The notes: a model not told the origin generated them from the letters alone. Counted from the stretch's first letter, positions 29,590-38,924 are shown. The stretch: 64,000 nt of DNA from Candidatus Latescibacterota bacterium (GCA_965204745.1 OZ242010.1:1888001-1952000); one strand, 5' to 3'. A program made the numbers and translations.

Positions 29590-31929
29590 ATGATTCTCAT
29601 TCCATCGGATGCCGGGGTTAGGCGGTCAGTGGCGGGAAAACGTCCCGTTCTGCTCGCTTGCTTGCCGCTTCTCCTCGCGCTTTCAACGGTCTTTGTTTTT
29701 GGCCATGACCTGCGAAGTCACCTTGTGCGTTCTGTGGGTCACTCTGACTTTACGTATCATAAAATGGCGATAGCCGCCAACCTTTCTCCAGATCACCACT
29801 TTCTGATGTTCTATCGCCAAACGCTCAATGCCGATGGCGCGGTTTCTTACGTACCGAATAATCGCTTTCCCATAGGTGGGCATGTGCTCATCGCGCTGGC
29901 TATCCTGCCCTTTGGCGATGACTTGGCAACCCAACTCTATGCGGCAAGGACCCTGATGTTGCTGTGCTTTGCCGCCACAGCACTGCTGGCGTATCTCTGC
30001 CTTTGCCGGCTGACACATCATCCCTGGATCGCCGCAACCGCGACGCTCTTGGCGTTCTCATCGTTCTATTGCTTGTTCTTCAGCGATATGGTGTTCAATG
30101 AAACGGGGATCGATCTGCTCGGCGTGATGCTGACTTTTCACGGGATGGTCATTTTCATTTTTGAGGGTCGCTTTCGGCAACTGCTGGTCAAGATGTGCGT
30201 CGCGCTGTTTTTGGGCTGGCATGTCTATGCGTTGCTGTTGCCCTTTATCGCGCTCGGAGTGGTGCGGGAATGTTGCCGTGCGCGTTCAGTCCCTTTCAAG
30301 TTGAAATGCTCCCGCCTGCTTCGCAGTCGCTATGTGTTGCTCGGCATTGTCGCGTTGCTCGTTGGGTTGTCCTTATTGACCTTTAATTTTGTCAATGAAT
30401 ACGTCGCGCTGAAAGGTGAAAAATCACTGACGGAATTACCGTCTTTCCGGTCTATGATATATCGCACGGGAATGGGTACCCCAGAAAATCGCCCCTTGAA
30501 CTCCTTGAAGTGGGATTTCTTCCTGATAGAACAATTCTTTCGTATTGATTTGATGTGCATGCCGCAATTCATCCTGTCCTGCCTCGATGCACTTCCCCGG
30601 AGTTATTATGTGCCCTTGTCTGTTGGCGCGGGCATTGGGGTGTCTATTGCGTGTCTGTTTGGGGTGTATTTCACGCGCCCGAGAATCCTTTGGGCGACCT
30701 TGGTTCTGTTCGGCTTCTGTTGGGCATTGCCCATGCGCCATAACGTTAAAGTGTATGCCCATGACTTCGAGAGCGTGTTTTACATCGGTCTGCCCCTGGT
30801 CTTCTTCTCGCTAATTCTGCTGTGCCTATCCCGCCGCTTCAAGACCGCGCCTTTGATGGTCGGCTTTGCGGGTATTGCGCTGATCGTCTTTGTGCTTTCC
30901 AGTTTTCAGATGAGCCATTTCTATGCCCTCGATGCGACGCAACGCCAAAAGGTCGAGCTATCGGACATTGTAGCCATCCGCCGGTTAACGACAGAGAACG
31001 ACCTCATTTTTATTTTTTTTAACTCGTCCAACCTCTACATCGAGACAAATCGGATAAGATACTATCTGAACCGGAGAATTATTCACGCTCATGCTCTCAC
31101 CGCAGAGGGCTTCACAGTGATGTTTGATCGCCTGGAGACAGACGCGTTGCTCACGCCGAAAAACGAGCGGATATTCCTTTATGACTCCAAGAAATTGCTC
31201 GAGGAGTATCGGCAGGTATATCAACGGGTCGTGTCTGGCGAGTTGGTGGCGCGCTCGACCTTCGATGTGTATCGCGATGAGCGTGCATTGCATTACGTCA
31301 AAAGTCCCTGTTCTGATGCGGACATGCAGACCAAATTCTTCTTCCACATCTTTCCGGCAGACGAGAGATCTATTCCCTTCCACCGCAGGTGGTTTGGATA
31401 TGATACCGCCGTCTTTGCGTTTTGGAAACACGGTTTGCAATTCGACGATAAATGCTTGGCGAGTATCGCGCTTCCACACTACGATATCGCCCGGATTGAA
31501 ACCGGGCCACTTTCCCCCGGCCAAAGCAATGAACGCGCTTATGATCCCGACAGGCTCGAGGTGTATCGGCAGGCATATCGACAGGTCGTGTCTGGCGAGT
31601 TGGTGGCGCGGTCAACCTTTGATGTGTATCGCGACGAGCGTGTGTTGCATTACGTCAAAACGCCCTGTTCTGACGCGGACGTGAAGACCAGATTCTTCTT
31701 GCACATCTTCCCGACTAACAGGAAGGAACCATCCTCCCTGTACTATCGGTGGAGGTATGAAAACATCGACTTTGATTTTTCTTCGTACGGCCTGCGGTTC
31801 GATGGCAAATGCTTGGCGAGCATCGCGCTTCCGCACTACGACATCGCCCGGATTAAAACGGGTCAGTTCTACGACGATGGGGTTAGAGTGTGGGAGGCAG
31901 AAATTTTTCTCAACGAGCAGTCAAAGTAG
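29590..31929 (+). CDS. Array paralog 12 (2 C-terminal repeats)
   Basis: 779 aa ORF collinear with the other copies. Confidence 0.88.
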   Translation: MILIPSDAGVRRSVAGKRPVLLACLPLLLALSTVFVFGHDLRSHLVRSVGHSDFTYHKMAIAANLSPDHHFLMFYRQTLNADGAVSYVPNNRFPIGGHVLIALAILPFGDDLATQLYAARTLMLLCFAATALLAYLCLCRLTHHPWIAATATLLAFSSFYCLFFSDMVFNETGIDLLGVMLTFHGMVIFIFEGRFRQLLVKMCVALFLGWHVYALLLPFIALGVVRECCRARSVPFKLKCSRLLRSRYVLLGIVALLVGLSLLTFNFVNEYVALKGEKSLTELPSFRSMIYRTGMGTPENRPLNSLKWDFFLIEQFFRIDLMCMPQFILSCLDALPRSYYVPLSVGAGIGVSIACLFGVYFTRPRILWATLVLFGFCWALPMRHNVKVYAHDFESVFYIGLPLVFFSLILLCLSRRFKTAPLMVGFAGIALIVFVLSSFQMSHFYALDATQRQKVELSDIVAIRRLTTENDLIFIFFNSSNLYIETNRIRYYLNRRIIHAHALTAEGFTVMFDRLETDALLTPKNERIFLYDSKKLLEEYRQVYQRVVSGELVARSTFDVYRDERALHYVKSPCSDADMQTKFFFHIFPADERSIPFHRRWFGYDTAVFAFWKHGLQFDDKCLASIALPHYDIARIETGPLSPGQSNERAYDPDRLEVYRQAYRQVVSGELVARSTFDVYRDERVLHYVKTPCSDADVKTRFFLHIFPTNRKEPSSLYYRWRYENIDFDFSSYGLRFDGKCLASIALPHYDIARIKTGQFYDDGVRVWEAEIFLNEQSK

Positions 31930-32066
31930 GTGATACATCTAAGCGTTACGCCACAACCGCTCTTTCAAATCAACGAGTATCTCATCAAATCTCGCATCTT
32001 CTCAATCCCTTTGCATACGACAAGTGCGATCATCTGCCGTAATCCTTTTCACCCATCGAGGTTTCC

Positions 32067-33512
32067 ATGTCCAACAAACCAAACATCCTTTGGATCTGCA
32101 CGGATCAGCAACGTTTTGACACGCTCGGTTGCTATGGCAATCCATTTGTCCACACGCCCAACTTGGATCGCTTGGCCGAACAAAGCGTGCTTTTTGAATG
32201 CGCGTTTACCCAAAGCCCGGTCTGCACGCCCAGCCGATCCAGTTTTCTCACGGGCCGGTATCCGCGCACCACGCGCTGCCGGCAAAACGGTCAATCCATT
32301 CCCAGGGACGAAATCCCAGTTACCAAACTGCTCCACGATTCGGGCTATGTGTGCGGCCTGTCCGGCAAACTCCACCTCTCGGCCTGCAACCCCCGTGCGT
32401 GTCATGGCACGGAACGCCGCATTGACGACGGGTACGACCAGTTCTTTTGGTCGCACGACCCCGCGCCGCGATGGCCCACGAACGACTATCACCAGTGGTT
32501 GCGAGACAAGGGTTTGCAGCGCGATGTCCAGCCGTTTGCGGATTCGCAATACGTGCGGGTTTTGCCCTCTGAAGAACACAGCCAAACCACTTATTGCGTC
32601 CAGCGCGCCATCACTTTTATCCGCCGATGCGCGGAGGAAAACAGGCCATGGACCTTTTCGCTCAACCCGTTTGACCCGCATCACGCCTTTGATCCCCCGC
32701 GTGAAGACTTGGAGCGATACCGCGATTTGCTCGCCGAGATTCCATTGCCCAATTACGTCGCGGGCGAACTCGACGACAAACCGATTTGGCAACGCATTGA
32801 CCACGCCGGGTCTTATGGCGGCAAGGGCGTGTTCGCGTACGACCGCATGACCGATTCGGACCACCGCTGGGTCACGGCGGCGTATTGGGCGATGGTCGAT
32901 GTGATCGACCGCCAGATCGGTCGCTTGCTCGACTGCCTCGAAGAAACGGGCCAGCGCGACAACACGTATATCATCTTCACGTCTGATCACGGCGAGATGC
33001 TCGGCGACCACGGCATCTACCTCAAAGGCCCGTTTTTCTACGAACCCGCTGTGCGCGTGCCCCTCCTCATCTCGGGCCCCGGCCTTCGCAACGATGGCTC
33101 GCGTTCCGCCGCGCTCGTGGAACTGGTGGACCTCGCGCCTACGATCCTCGAATGGGTCGGGCAGGACATCCATCCCGCGATGCAGGGCCGCTCTCTTCTC
33201 CCCCTCTTGACCGGCGACGCGCCCACGGACGAACACCGAGACGACATTTACTGCGAATACTACAACGCCATGCAGGGCCATAAAAATCCACCCGCACACG
33301 CCACGATGGTCCGCACGCGCAGGCACAAACTCGTCGCGGCACACGGCACGGGCACGGGCGAACTCTACGACCTCGAAATTGATCCCAGTGAAACGCACAA
33401 CCTGTGGAATGACCCGGACGCCACCGCCATCAAACTCGATCTCCTAACCCGCCTCGCGGACCGCATGGCGTGGACAGTTGACCCCCTGCCTCCGAGAGAA
33501 GCGGGGTTTTGA
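32067..33512 (+). CDS. Sulfatase (Cys-type, choline-sulfatase-like)
   Basis: KPNILWICTDQQR, CTPSR..LTGRY, GKLH and SDHGEMLGDHG motifs. Confidence 0.92.
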   Translation: MSNKPNILWICTDQQRFDTLGCYGNPFVHTPNLDRLAEQSVLFECAFTQSPVCTPSRSSFLTGRYPRTTRCRQNGQSIPRDEIPVTKLLHDSGYVCGLSGKLHLSACNPRACHGTERRIDDGYDQFFWSHDPAPRWPTNDYHQWLRDKGLQRDVQPFADSQYVRVLPSEEHSQTTYCVQRAITFIRRCAEENRPWTFSLNPFDPHHAFDPPREDLERYRDLLAEIPLPNYVAGELDDKPIWQRIDHAGSYGGKGVFAYDRMTDSDHRWVTAAYWAMVDVIDRQIGRLLDCLEETGQRDNTYIIFTSDHGEMLGDHGIYLKGPFFYEPAVRVPLLISGPGLRNDGSRSAALVELVDLAPTILEWVGQDIHPAMQGRSLLPLLTGDAPTDEHRDDIYCEYYNAMQGHKNPPAHATMVRTRRHKLVAAHGTGTGELYDLEIDPSETHNLWNDPDATAIKLDLLTRLADRMAWTVDPLPPREAGF

Positions 33513-33517
33513 AAGGC

Positions 33518-33900
33518 GGGGAGAGGTAAGAGGTAAGAGGCAAGACGGGGTTAGCCACGAGCGGGGTACAACTGGCGATAGCCAGTTCAAAGGCCCAAAA
33601 ACACAAAAGGGGTACAACTGGCGATAGCTAGTTCAAAGGCGATCAGTGTGTAGGGGCGATGCCCCGTGCTCGCCCAAAGATACAAGAGGCGGGAAGAGGG
33701 GAGAGGTAAGAGGCAAGAGGCAAGACGGGAAAAGCGGGAAGACGCGAAAACGCCCACTTCGCATAAGAACACAGATGAAAGGCAAAACGCACACGGCGGG
33801 GCGGAAGCGGGGATGGGCACGCACGGGTGGATGGGTGGATGAGCGGGGCACGCACTTGGGCGGCAGTGCGGAGATGGGGATGGCCGGGGTAACTGACCAC
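33518..33900. repeat. Composite intergenic repeat cluster (GAGG(C/T)AA heptamers, GTAG-type REP-like palindrome, duplicated GGGGTACAACTGGCGATAGC module)
   Basis: The same modules recur at 50742-50848. GGGCACGCACGGG motifs recur near 730-800, 37470-37510 and 55870-55920. Confidence 0.75.
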
Positions 33901-33915
33901 TGAAAGGAGCACGAC

Positions 33916-35703
33916 ATGACCCACACACAACCGCGGGCCGAGCATCCGCGGCCGCAATTTCAGCGCGATGCGTGGATGAATCTCAATGGCACATGGGATT
34001 TTGCTATCGACTTTGGACAATCGGGCGAGGCCAAGGGCTGGCCCGAAAATCCCGCTGGTTTGGACCGCGTCATCACCGTGCCATTTTGCCCGGAATCCAG
34101 CCGCTCGGGCATTCAGCACACGGATTTTATGCCGTGCGTGTGGTATCACCGAACCCTTGGGATCCCCGATGAATGGGCAGGCAAGCGCGTTCTGTTGCAC
34201 TTTGGGGCCGTGGATTACCACTGCAAGGCGTGGGTCAATGGGCGGCTCGTGGGGCAACACTACGGGGGCAGTTCCTCGTTTGCGTTTGACATCACGCACG
34301 CGCTCGCGGCTGGGGAGAACCACCTCGTCGTCTGCGCGAATGACGACACGCGCTCGCGGGAACAGCCCTCGGGCAAGCAGTGCTCAACCCTGTATTCGCG
34401 GGGTTGCTTCTACACGCGCACCACTGGAATCTGGCAAACCGTTTGGCTCGAAGCGGTTCCCGAATCGCGCATTGACGCCGTGCAGATCGTTCCGGATTTG
34501 GACAGCAGCCGGTTTGTGCTGACCCCCTCGTTCACCAATGTGCGGCGCGGGCATACCTTTCGCGCTGTGCTGTGCAATGGCGATGAGGTCGTCGCGGTTT
34601 CCACCATGCCGGCGGCGAGTGGCGCGGCGATGTCGCTGCGCGTCAAAGATCCGATATTGTGGTCGCCCTCCCATCCCCATCTCTACGACCTGCGTTTTGA
34701 ACTCTGCGCGGGCGACGCGGTGATTGACGCGGTTCACAGCTATGCCGGGTTGCGAAAATTTCACATCGAAGGCCACGAGTTTTACCTGAACAACGACCCC
34801 ATTTTCCTGCGCTTTGTATTGGATCAGGGGTTCTATCCCGACGGTATTTGGACCGCGCCATCGGACGAAGCCCTCAAGGGCGATATCGAAAAATCGCTCG
34901 CGGTCGGCTTTAATGGCGCGCGCTTGCACCAAAAGGTTTTTGAAGAGCGGTTTCACTATTGGGCGGACAAACTCGGGTATCTCACTTGGGGCGAATACTG
35001 CGACTGGGGCATGAATTTTGGTTCGCCGCAGGCGATTCTCAACCAGCAACGCGAATGGCGCGAGATCGTCCTGCGTGACCGCAATCACCCGTCCATCCTC
35101 GCGTGGACACCGTACAACGAAACCCGCGGCGGCGCGACCACTCACTTTGAAGCGCACCGCAACGCCGTGCAGGAAACATACAGCCTCACCAAAGCCCTCG
35201 ATCCCTCGCGGCCCTGTCACGACACCAGCGGTTATGTTCACGTTTGCACGGATATTTACACCGTGCACGACTACGAACAAGACCCGACCAAACTCCGCGC
35301 AACCTACGCCCCGGTATCCCCAAGCGATTGCGAGAACACGCCCATCCGATTCCCAGACTTGAGCGCGCCGTATCAGGGGCAACCATATATCGTAGATGAA
35401 TACGGCGGGACGTGGTGGGATGCCAATGCACAGGAAACCGAACAAGACCCGGACCGCAAGGGCAGTTGGGGCTATGGCAAACGCCCGACGGACATCGAAG
35501 AAGTGTACGACCGCATTGAAAAACTCACGGCTGTGCTCGTCAACCACCCCAACATCGCGGGGTATTGCTACACGCAACTCACGGATATCGAGCAGGAACA
35601 AAACGGCATTTACACGTACGACCGCCGCGCAAAATTCGACTCGGAACGCCTGAAGAAGTACTTCGGCGCGCCCGCGGCAATCGAGAAGGCATCGGACAAA
35701 TGA
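33916..35703 (+). CDS. Glycoside hydrolase family 2 (beta-galactosidase/beta-glucuronidase-like)
   Basis: PRPQF, LNGTWDF, HFGAVDY, TGIWQTVWLE, LDQGFYPDG, RNHPSI.AW..NE and EYGG motifs. AAGGAG RBS. Confidence 0.92.
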   Translation: MTHTQPRAEHPRPQFQRDAWMNLNGTWDFAIDFGQSGEAKGWPENPAGLDRVITVPFCPESSRSGIQHTDFMPCVWYHRTLGIPDEWAGKRVLLHFGAVDYHCKAWVNGRLVGQHYGGSSSFAFDITHALAAGENHLVVCANDDTRSREQPSGKQCSTLYSRGCFYTRTTGIWQTVWLEAVPESRIDAVQIVPDLDSSRFVLTPSFTNVRRGHTFRAVLCNGDEVVAVSTMPAASGAAMSLRVKDPILWSPSHPHLYDLRFELCAGDAVIDAVHSYAGLRKFHIEGHEFYLNNDPIFLRFVLDQGFYPDGIWTAPSDEALKGDIEKSLAVGFNGARLHQKVFEERFHYWADKLGYLTWGEYCDWGMNFGSPQAILNQQREWREIVLRDRNHPSILAWTPYNETRGGATTHFEAHRNAVQETYSLTKALDPSRPCHDTSGYVHVCTDIYTVHDYEQDPTKLRATYAPVSPSDCENTPIRFPDLSAPYQGQPYIVDEYGGTWWDANAQETEQDPDRKGSWGYGKRPTDIEEVYDRIEKLTAVLVNHPNIAGYCYTQLTDIEQEQNGIYTYDRRAKFDSERLKKYFGAPAAIEKASDK

Positions 35704-35774
35704 CGAGGATAGACGCGCATTGCCACATTTTTGAAACGCTCGCGGATGATGGGGAATTGCACGGGCGGGCTTGA
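35700..35774 (+). pseudogene. N-terminal remnant of an amidohydrolase-family gene
   Basis: ATGA overlap with the GH2 stop. MTRIDAHCHIF matches the amidohydrolase IDxHxH start, then stops after 24 codons. Confidence 0.55.
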
Positions 35775-35843
35775 CTGCTAAAAATTGATTGCTGATTGCT
35801 TTTCCCTTCTCGTATCTTTGGGCGGGCCGGACTGACTACTGAC

Positions 35844-36271
35844 TAGGTTGTGTTGACATTTCATTTTTTAACCTTACGCACAGAGTAGCAACTGTGTTGC
35901 TTCTTGCTCATTTAAGGCGTTTGGTCCTTTGATGGCTTAGATTGCTCTGATGGCATTGCGCGAGGGGACCTATCCCCCGGCCCCTTTCCTACGAGGAAAG
36001 GGGAGTAAAGCTCCTTTGATGGCTTCTCGCTCTGGTTGCTCTGATGGCGTTGACCGAGGGCATAAAGCGATTAAATATCCCTCATCAATCCCCTCGCAAA
36101 ATCGCTCACAGTTCCCCCCTTCCTCGCAGGAAGGGGGGTTAGGGGGGTAGGTCCCGATAAGGAGCGACTGTTTCAGTTTCTCAAACCGAGAGCCTATTCT
36201 GTGATAGAGCTTGATTTTCTCGATAAACCGCTCAAGCCAGTTGCTTTGCTCCTAAATGTCAACAGAACCTA
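35844..36271. mobile_element. Non-autonomous element (MITE) with 18-bp terminal inverted repeats
   Basis: TAGGTTGTGTTGACATTT ... AAATGTCAACAGAACCTA (17/18 match). No transposase. Flanked by ACTGAC(T/C) heptamers. Confidence 0.75.
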
Positions 36272-36291
36272 ACCACTGACCACTGATTGAT

Positions 36292-37167
36292 GTGAGACGC
36301 GCCACGAAAATTTTGCTCATTGTCATGCTGTTGCTCACCGCACTCTGCGTTGCGCTGGCGGTTTGGAGGGAGCCGATGCCCGATCATCCTTTTTTTCAGC
36401 AAAACGCGGGGGTTGACGTGATCGCCCACCGCGGGGGCTGGCGGTTGTGGCCCGAGAACACCCTGTATGCGTTTCAGCGTGCGGTCGATCTCGGCGTGGA
36501 TGTGCTGGAGATGGATATTCGCAGTACAAAAGACGGGCATCTGGTGGTTTTTCACGACGAGACTGTGGCGCGCACCACAGATGGCAACGGGCTTGTGGCT
36601 GATTTCGCGCTCGCAGAATTGAAGCAGTTGGACGCGGGCTACCAGTGGTCGTCGGATAATGGGGCCACCTTTCCCTTTCGCGGACAAGGCATTGTGGTGC
36701 CGACATTGGACGAGGTCTTTGCGGCGTTTCCACACATGCGAATGACTATCGAGATCAAAGACCCGGATGTTGTCGCGGCATTTGGCAATGCGATTCGCCG
36801 CCACGGAATGCAGCACCGCATCCTGGTGGCGTGTTTTGACAGCGGGACATTGAAGCGGTTTCGCAAGCAATTTCCCGAAGTCGCCACCTCCACGGGCATG
36901 ACGGAAGGCATGTTTTTTTACGCCTTGTGCTATTTGCACTTAAGCGCGGTTTATCATCCCTCAGTGGAAGCCTTGCAGTTCCCGTTGAAGCTCGGCCCAA
37001 TCAACGGCGTCCATCCCCGCCTGCTATCGGGCGCGCGCAAAAACAACATCCAAGTGCAAATCTGGACCGTGGATGACGAGGCAAAAATGCGAATGCTGAT
37101 CGAGAGCGGGGTCAACGGCATCATCACCCGCCGCCCGGATCGGTTGTTGAAAGTCCTGGGACGATAG
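36292..37167 (+). CDS. Glycerophosphodiester phosphodiesterase, with N-terminal signal or anchor
   Basis: IAHRGG, PENT..AF, EMDI..TKDG.LVVFHD, IEIK and WTVD motifs. Confidence 0.93.
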   Translation: MRRATKILLIVMLLLTALCVALAVWREPMPDHPFFQQNAGVDVIAHRGGWRLWPENTLYAFQRAVDLGVDVLEMDIRSTKDGHLVVFHDETVARTTDGNGLVADFALAELKQLDAGYQWSSDNGATFPFRGQGIVVPTLDEVFAAFPHMRMTIEIKDPDVVAAFGNAIRRHGMQHRILVACFDSGTLKRFRKQFPEVATSTGMTEGMFFYALCYLHLSAVYHPSVEALQFPLKLGPINGVHPRLLSGARKNNIQVQIWTVDDEAKMRMLIESGVNGIITRRPDRLLKVLGR

Positions 37168-37390
37168 GCAAAAGCAACCCCATCAGAACGCGGATGAAAG
37201 GCGGATTTTGCCACAAGGAGCACAAAGTCGAGAGGCGAGATACAAGAGGCTTAGCAGTCAGCGGTTAGCCAACCGCATCGTCACTTCGGCACACGCGCAA
37301 GCACAGGCGTATCCAACGTCAGTAATCCAATGGCTTTTGTCTTTTGTTCCACGCGAGAGCAGACGAATCGCAACAAAACAGCAACGCAAC

Positions 37391-37430
37391 GGGGGGTGAA
37401 ACCGAATATGGCTTCACCCCCTTTTTTTTT
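37391..37430 (+). terminator. Probable intrinsic terminator
   Basis: GGGGGTGAA-loop-TTCACCCCC followed by a T9 run. Confidence 0.55.
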
Positions 37431-37598
37431 GAAAATCAGCAATCGGCTTTCAGCCCCCACCTGACCCAACCGCCCGTGCGTGCCCATCCGCTCCGCCCAA
37501 CCGCCCGTGCGGCCTCACCGCGCCACCCAACCGTGTCTGAATCGCGGGTTAAACGGATTAGAGGATTGCGCGGATTACCCCACACCACCCTACCGCAA

Positions 37599-37831
37599 GA
37601 CCTATCCCCCCGGCCCCCTTTCCTACGAGGAAAGGGGGAGCGCATGGCTTTCTTAAAGGTTTGTATCCCTGGCTGTTTTGATGGCTTTGAGCGAATGGAT
37701 CACGCCATAGAAACCCAAACCCCCCTCGCACAATCCCTCGCAAAACCTCTCGCCATTCCCCCCTTCCTCACAGGCACAGGCGTAGCCTACAACGAAGCGT
37801 AGCGAGTAACGGGGCCAGGGGGGTAGGTCCC
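37599..37831. repeat. Dispersed hairpin repeat (CCCCTTTCCTACGAGGAAAGGGG family)
   Basis: Similar to 35966-36155. Its right end also matches about 830-877. Confidence 0.7.
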
Positions 37832-37963
37832 AATAAATGGATGCAACGCTTTATTCGCATTGACAACTGACAACTTGAGGAACAGCACGGTAGCCTTCTC
37901 CCGTCTTGCCTCTCGCCTCTTACCTCTTGCCTCTCGCCTCTCCCGTCTCACGCCTTCAATCAC

Positions 37964-38896
37964 CTAAAGCCCCGCAGCGAAAAAGGCTTTGAATACCTCA
38001 TCCGACACCGTTGCACAGGCTGCGCGGACGTTGGCTGTGAGTTGGTCTTTGTTCAGGCTACCGAGGGGGTTGCCGTGGATGCGGGTTTCGCGGATGGAAA
38101 ATTGCAAGGTGAGTTCGAGCAGGTCGTGCCCGCGTTCCTCGCACCACAGGCGCATGGTTTCCGCGCGATAGTGATCGTCTCGCCAGCGGTTGCGGGGGAC
38201 GAAATTTTCCACGGGCACACCCGTGAGATAGCCGCGCATGATGGACCAGCCGTTCATCACGCCCAAGTCGCGTTGGGCCGCAGCGGGCAGGATGTCGTCG
38301 CCGATGGTTTGCCGCAAGAGGTTGTGATCGCCAAAGCACAGGAAACAATCCGTGCGCCCGGATTCGATGTGCGCGAGGTGGAAATCGTGGGGGCGCATGC
38401 CGTAGCCGATAAAATTGACCCATCCCCGTTCTCGCGCTTTTTCCAAGCCTTCGAGCGTGCCGCCCGAGGCGAGCGTGGGTTCGATGGTTTCGGGATCGTG
38501 GATAAAGAGCACGTCAAAGTGGTCGATGCCCAAAATGTCGAGTTGGTCTGCCACATCGGCGAGCACGCGCTCGGCTGTGTAATCGGGATCGCCACTGCCA
38601 TATCCCCCCCATCGTGCCGCGCTGTGACAGCACACGCGCCCGCTGATGATGAGTTCCCCTCGCCTGACAACGCCTTGTTTGATGGCGAGGCCGAGTTTGC
38701 GAAGGGAGTCGCCGTAACACCGCGCACAATCGAAGTGGTTGACGCCGATATCCACGGCAAACCGAATGAGGTCCGCGGCTTCATCATCGGTGACCGGGCC
38801 AAAGTGGTTGCCAAACCCCTGCGTGCCAAACGGAATCACCGGGATGGAAAGTTCGGTCTTGCCCCAGCGTCGCCGGGGGACTTGCAGATCGGACAT
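37964..38896 (-). CDS. Aldo/keto reductase
   Basis: RRWGKTEL...FGT, GVNHFDCARCYG and D.LFIHDP motifs. Start MSDLQ at 38896. Confidence 0.85.
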   Translation of the reverse strand: MSDLQVPRRRWGKTELSIPVIPFGTQGFGNHFGPVTDDEAADLIRFAVDIGVNHFDCARCYGDSLRKLGLAIKQGVVRRGELIISGRVCCHSAARWGGYGSGDPDYTAERVLADVADQLDILGIDHFDVLFIHDPETIEPTLASGGTLEGLEKARERGWVNFIGYGMRPHDFHLAHIESGRTDCFLCFGDHNLLRQTIGDDILPAAAQRDLGVMNGWSIMRGYLTGVPVENFVPRNRWRDDHYRAETMRLWCEERGHDLLELTLQFSIRETRIHGNPLGSLNKDQLTANVRAACATVSDEVFKAFFAAGL

Positions 38897-38924
38897 GGGG
38901 AAAACTCCGGAAAAGAGAATGACC

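Larger units (their letters stand above)
2364..31929 (+). repeat. Tandem array of 12 gene-sized units (2.3-2.7 kb each)
   Basis: Ten of 11 intergenic spacers are 29 bp (consensus ATCCCCTATCCATTTCAGAGGCTTAGGCC). One is 65 bp (20073-20137). Confidence 0.97.

Noticed and set aside
2472-31836. Recurrent short alternative-frame and antisense ORFs in each array unit
   Set aside because: They recur only because the DNA is repeated. They have variable stops and no RBS.
2385-31929. Diversity-generating retroelement as the source of array variation
   Set aside because: No reverse transcriptase, Avd or non-coding template repeat in the window. Differences include indels and are not visibly adenine-restricted. 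A DGR acting in trans cannot be fully excluded.
33678-33689. AGATACAAGAGG (also 37238-37249) as empty IS110 target sites with a GATAC core
   Set aside because: The guide analysis assigns ATACA to the element end with a CT core, so these are not empty targets. They may be heptamer variants or scars.
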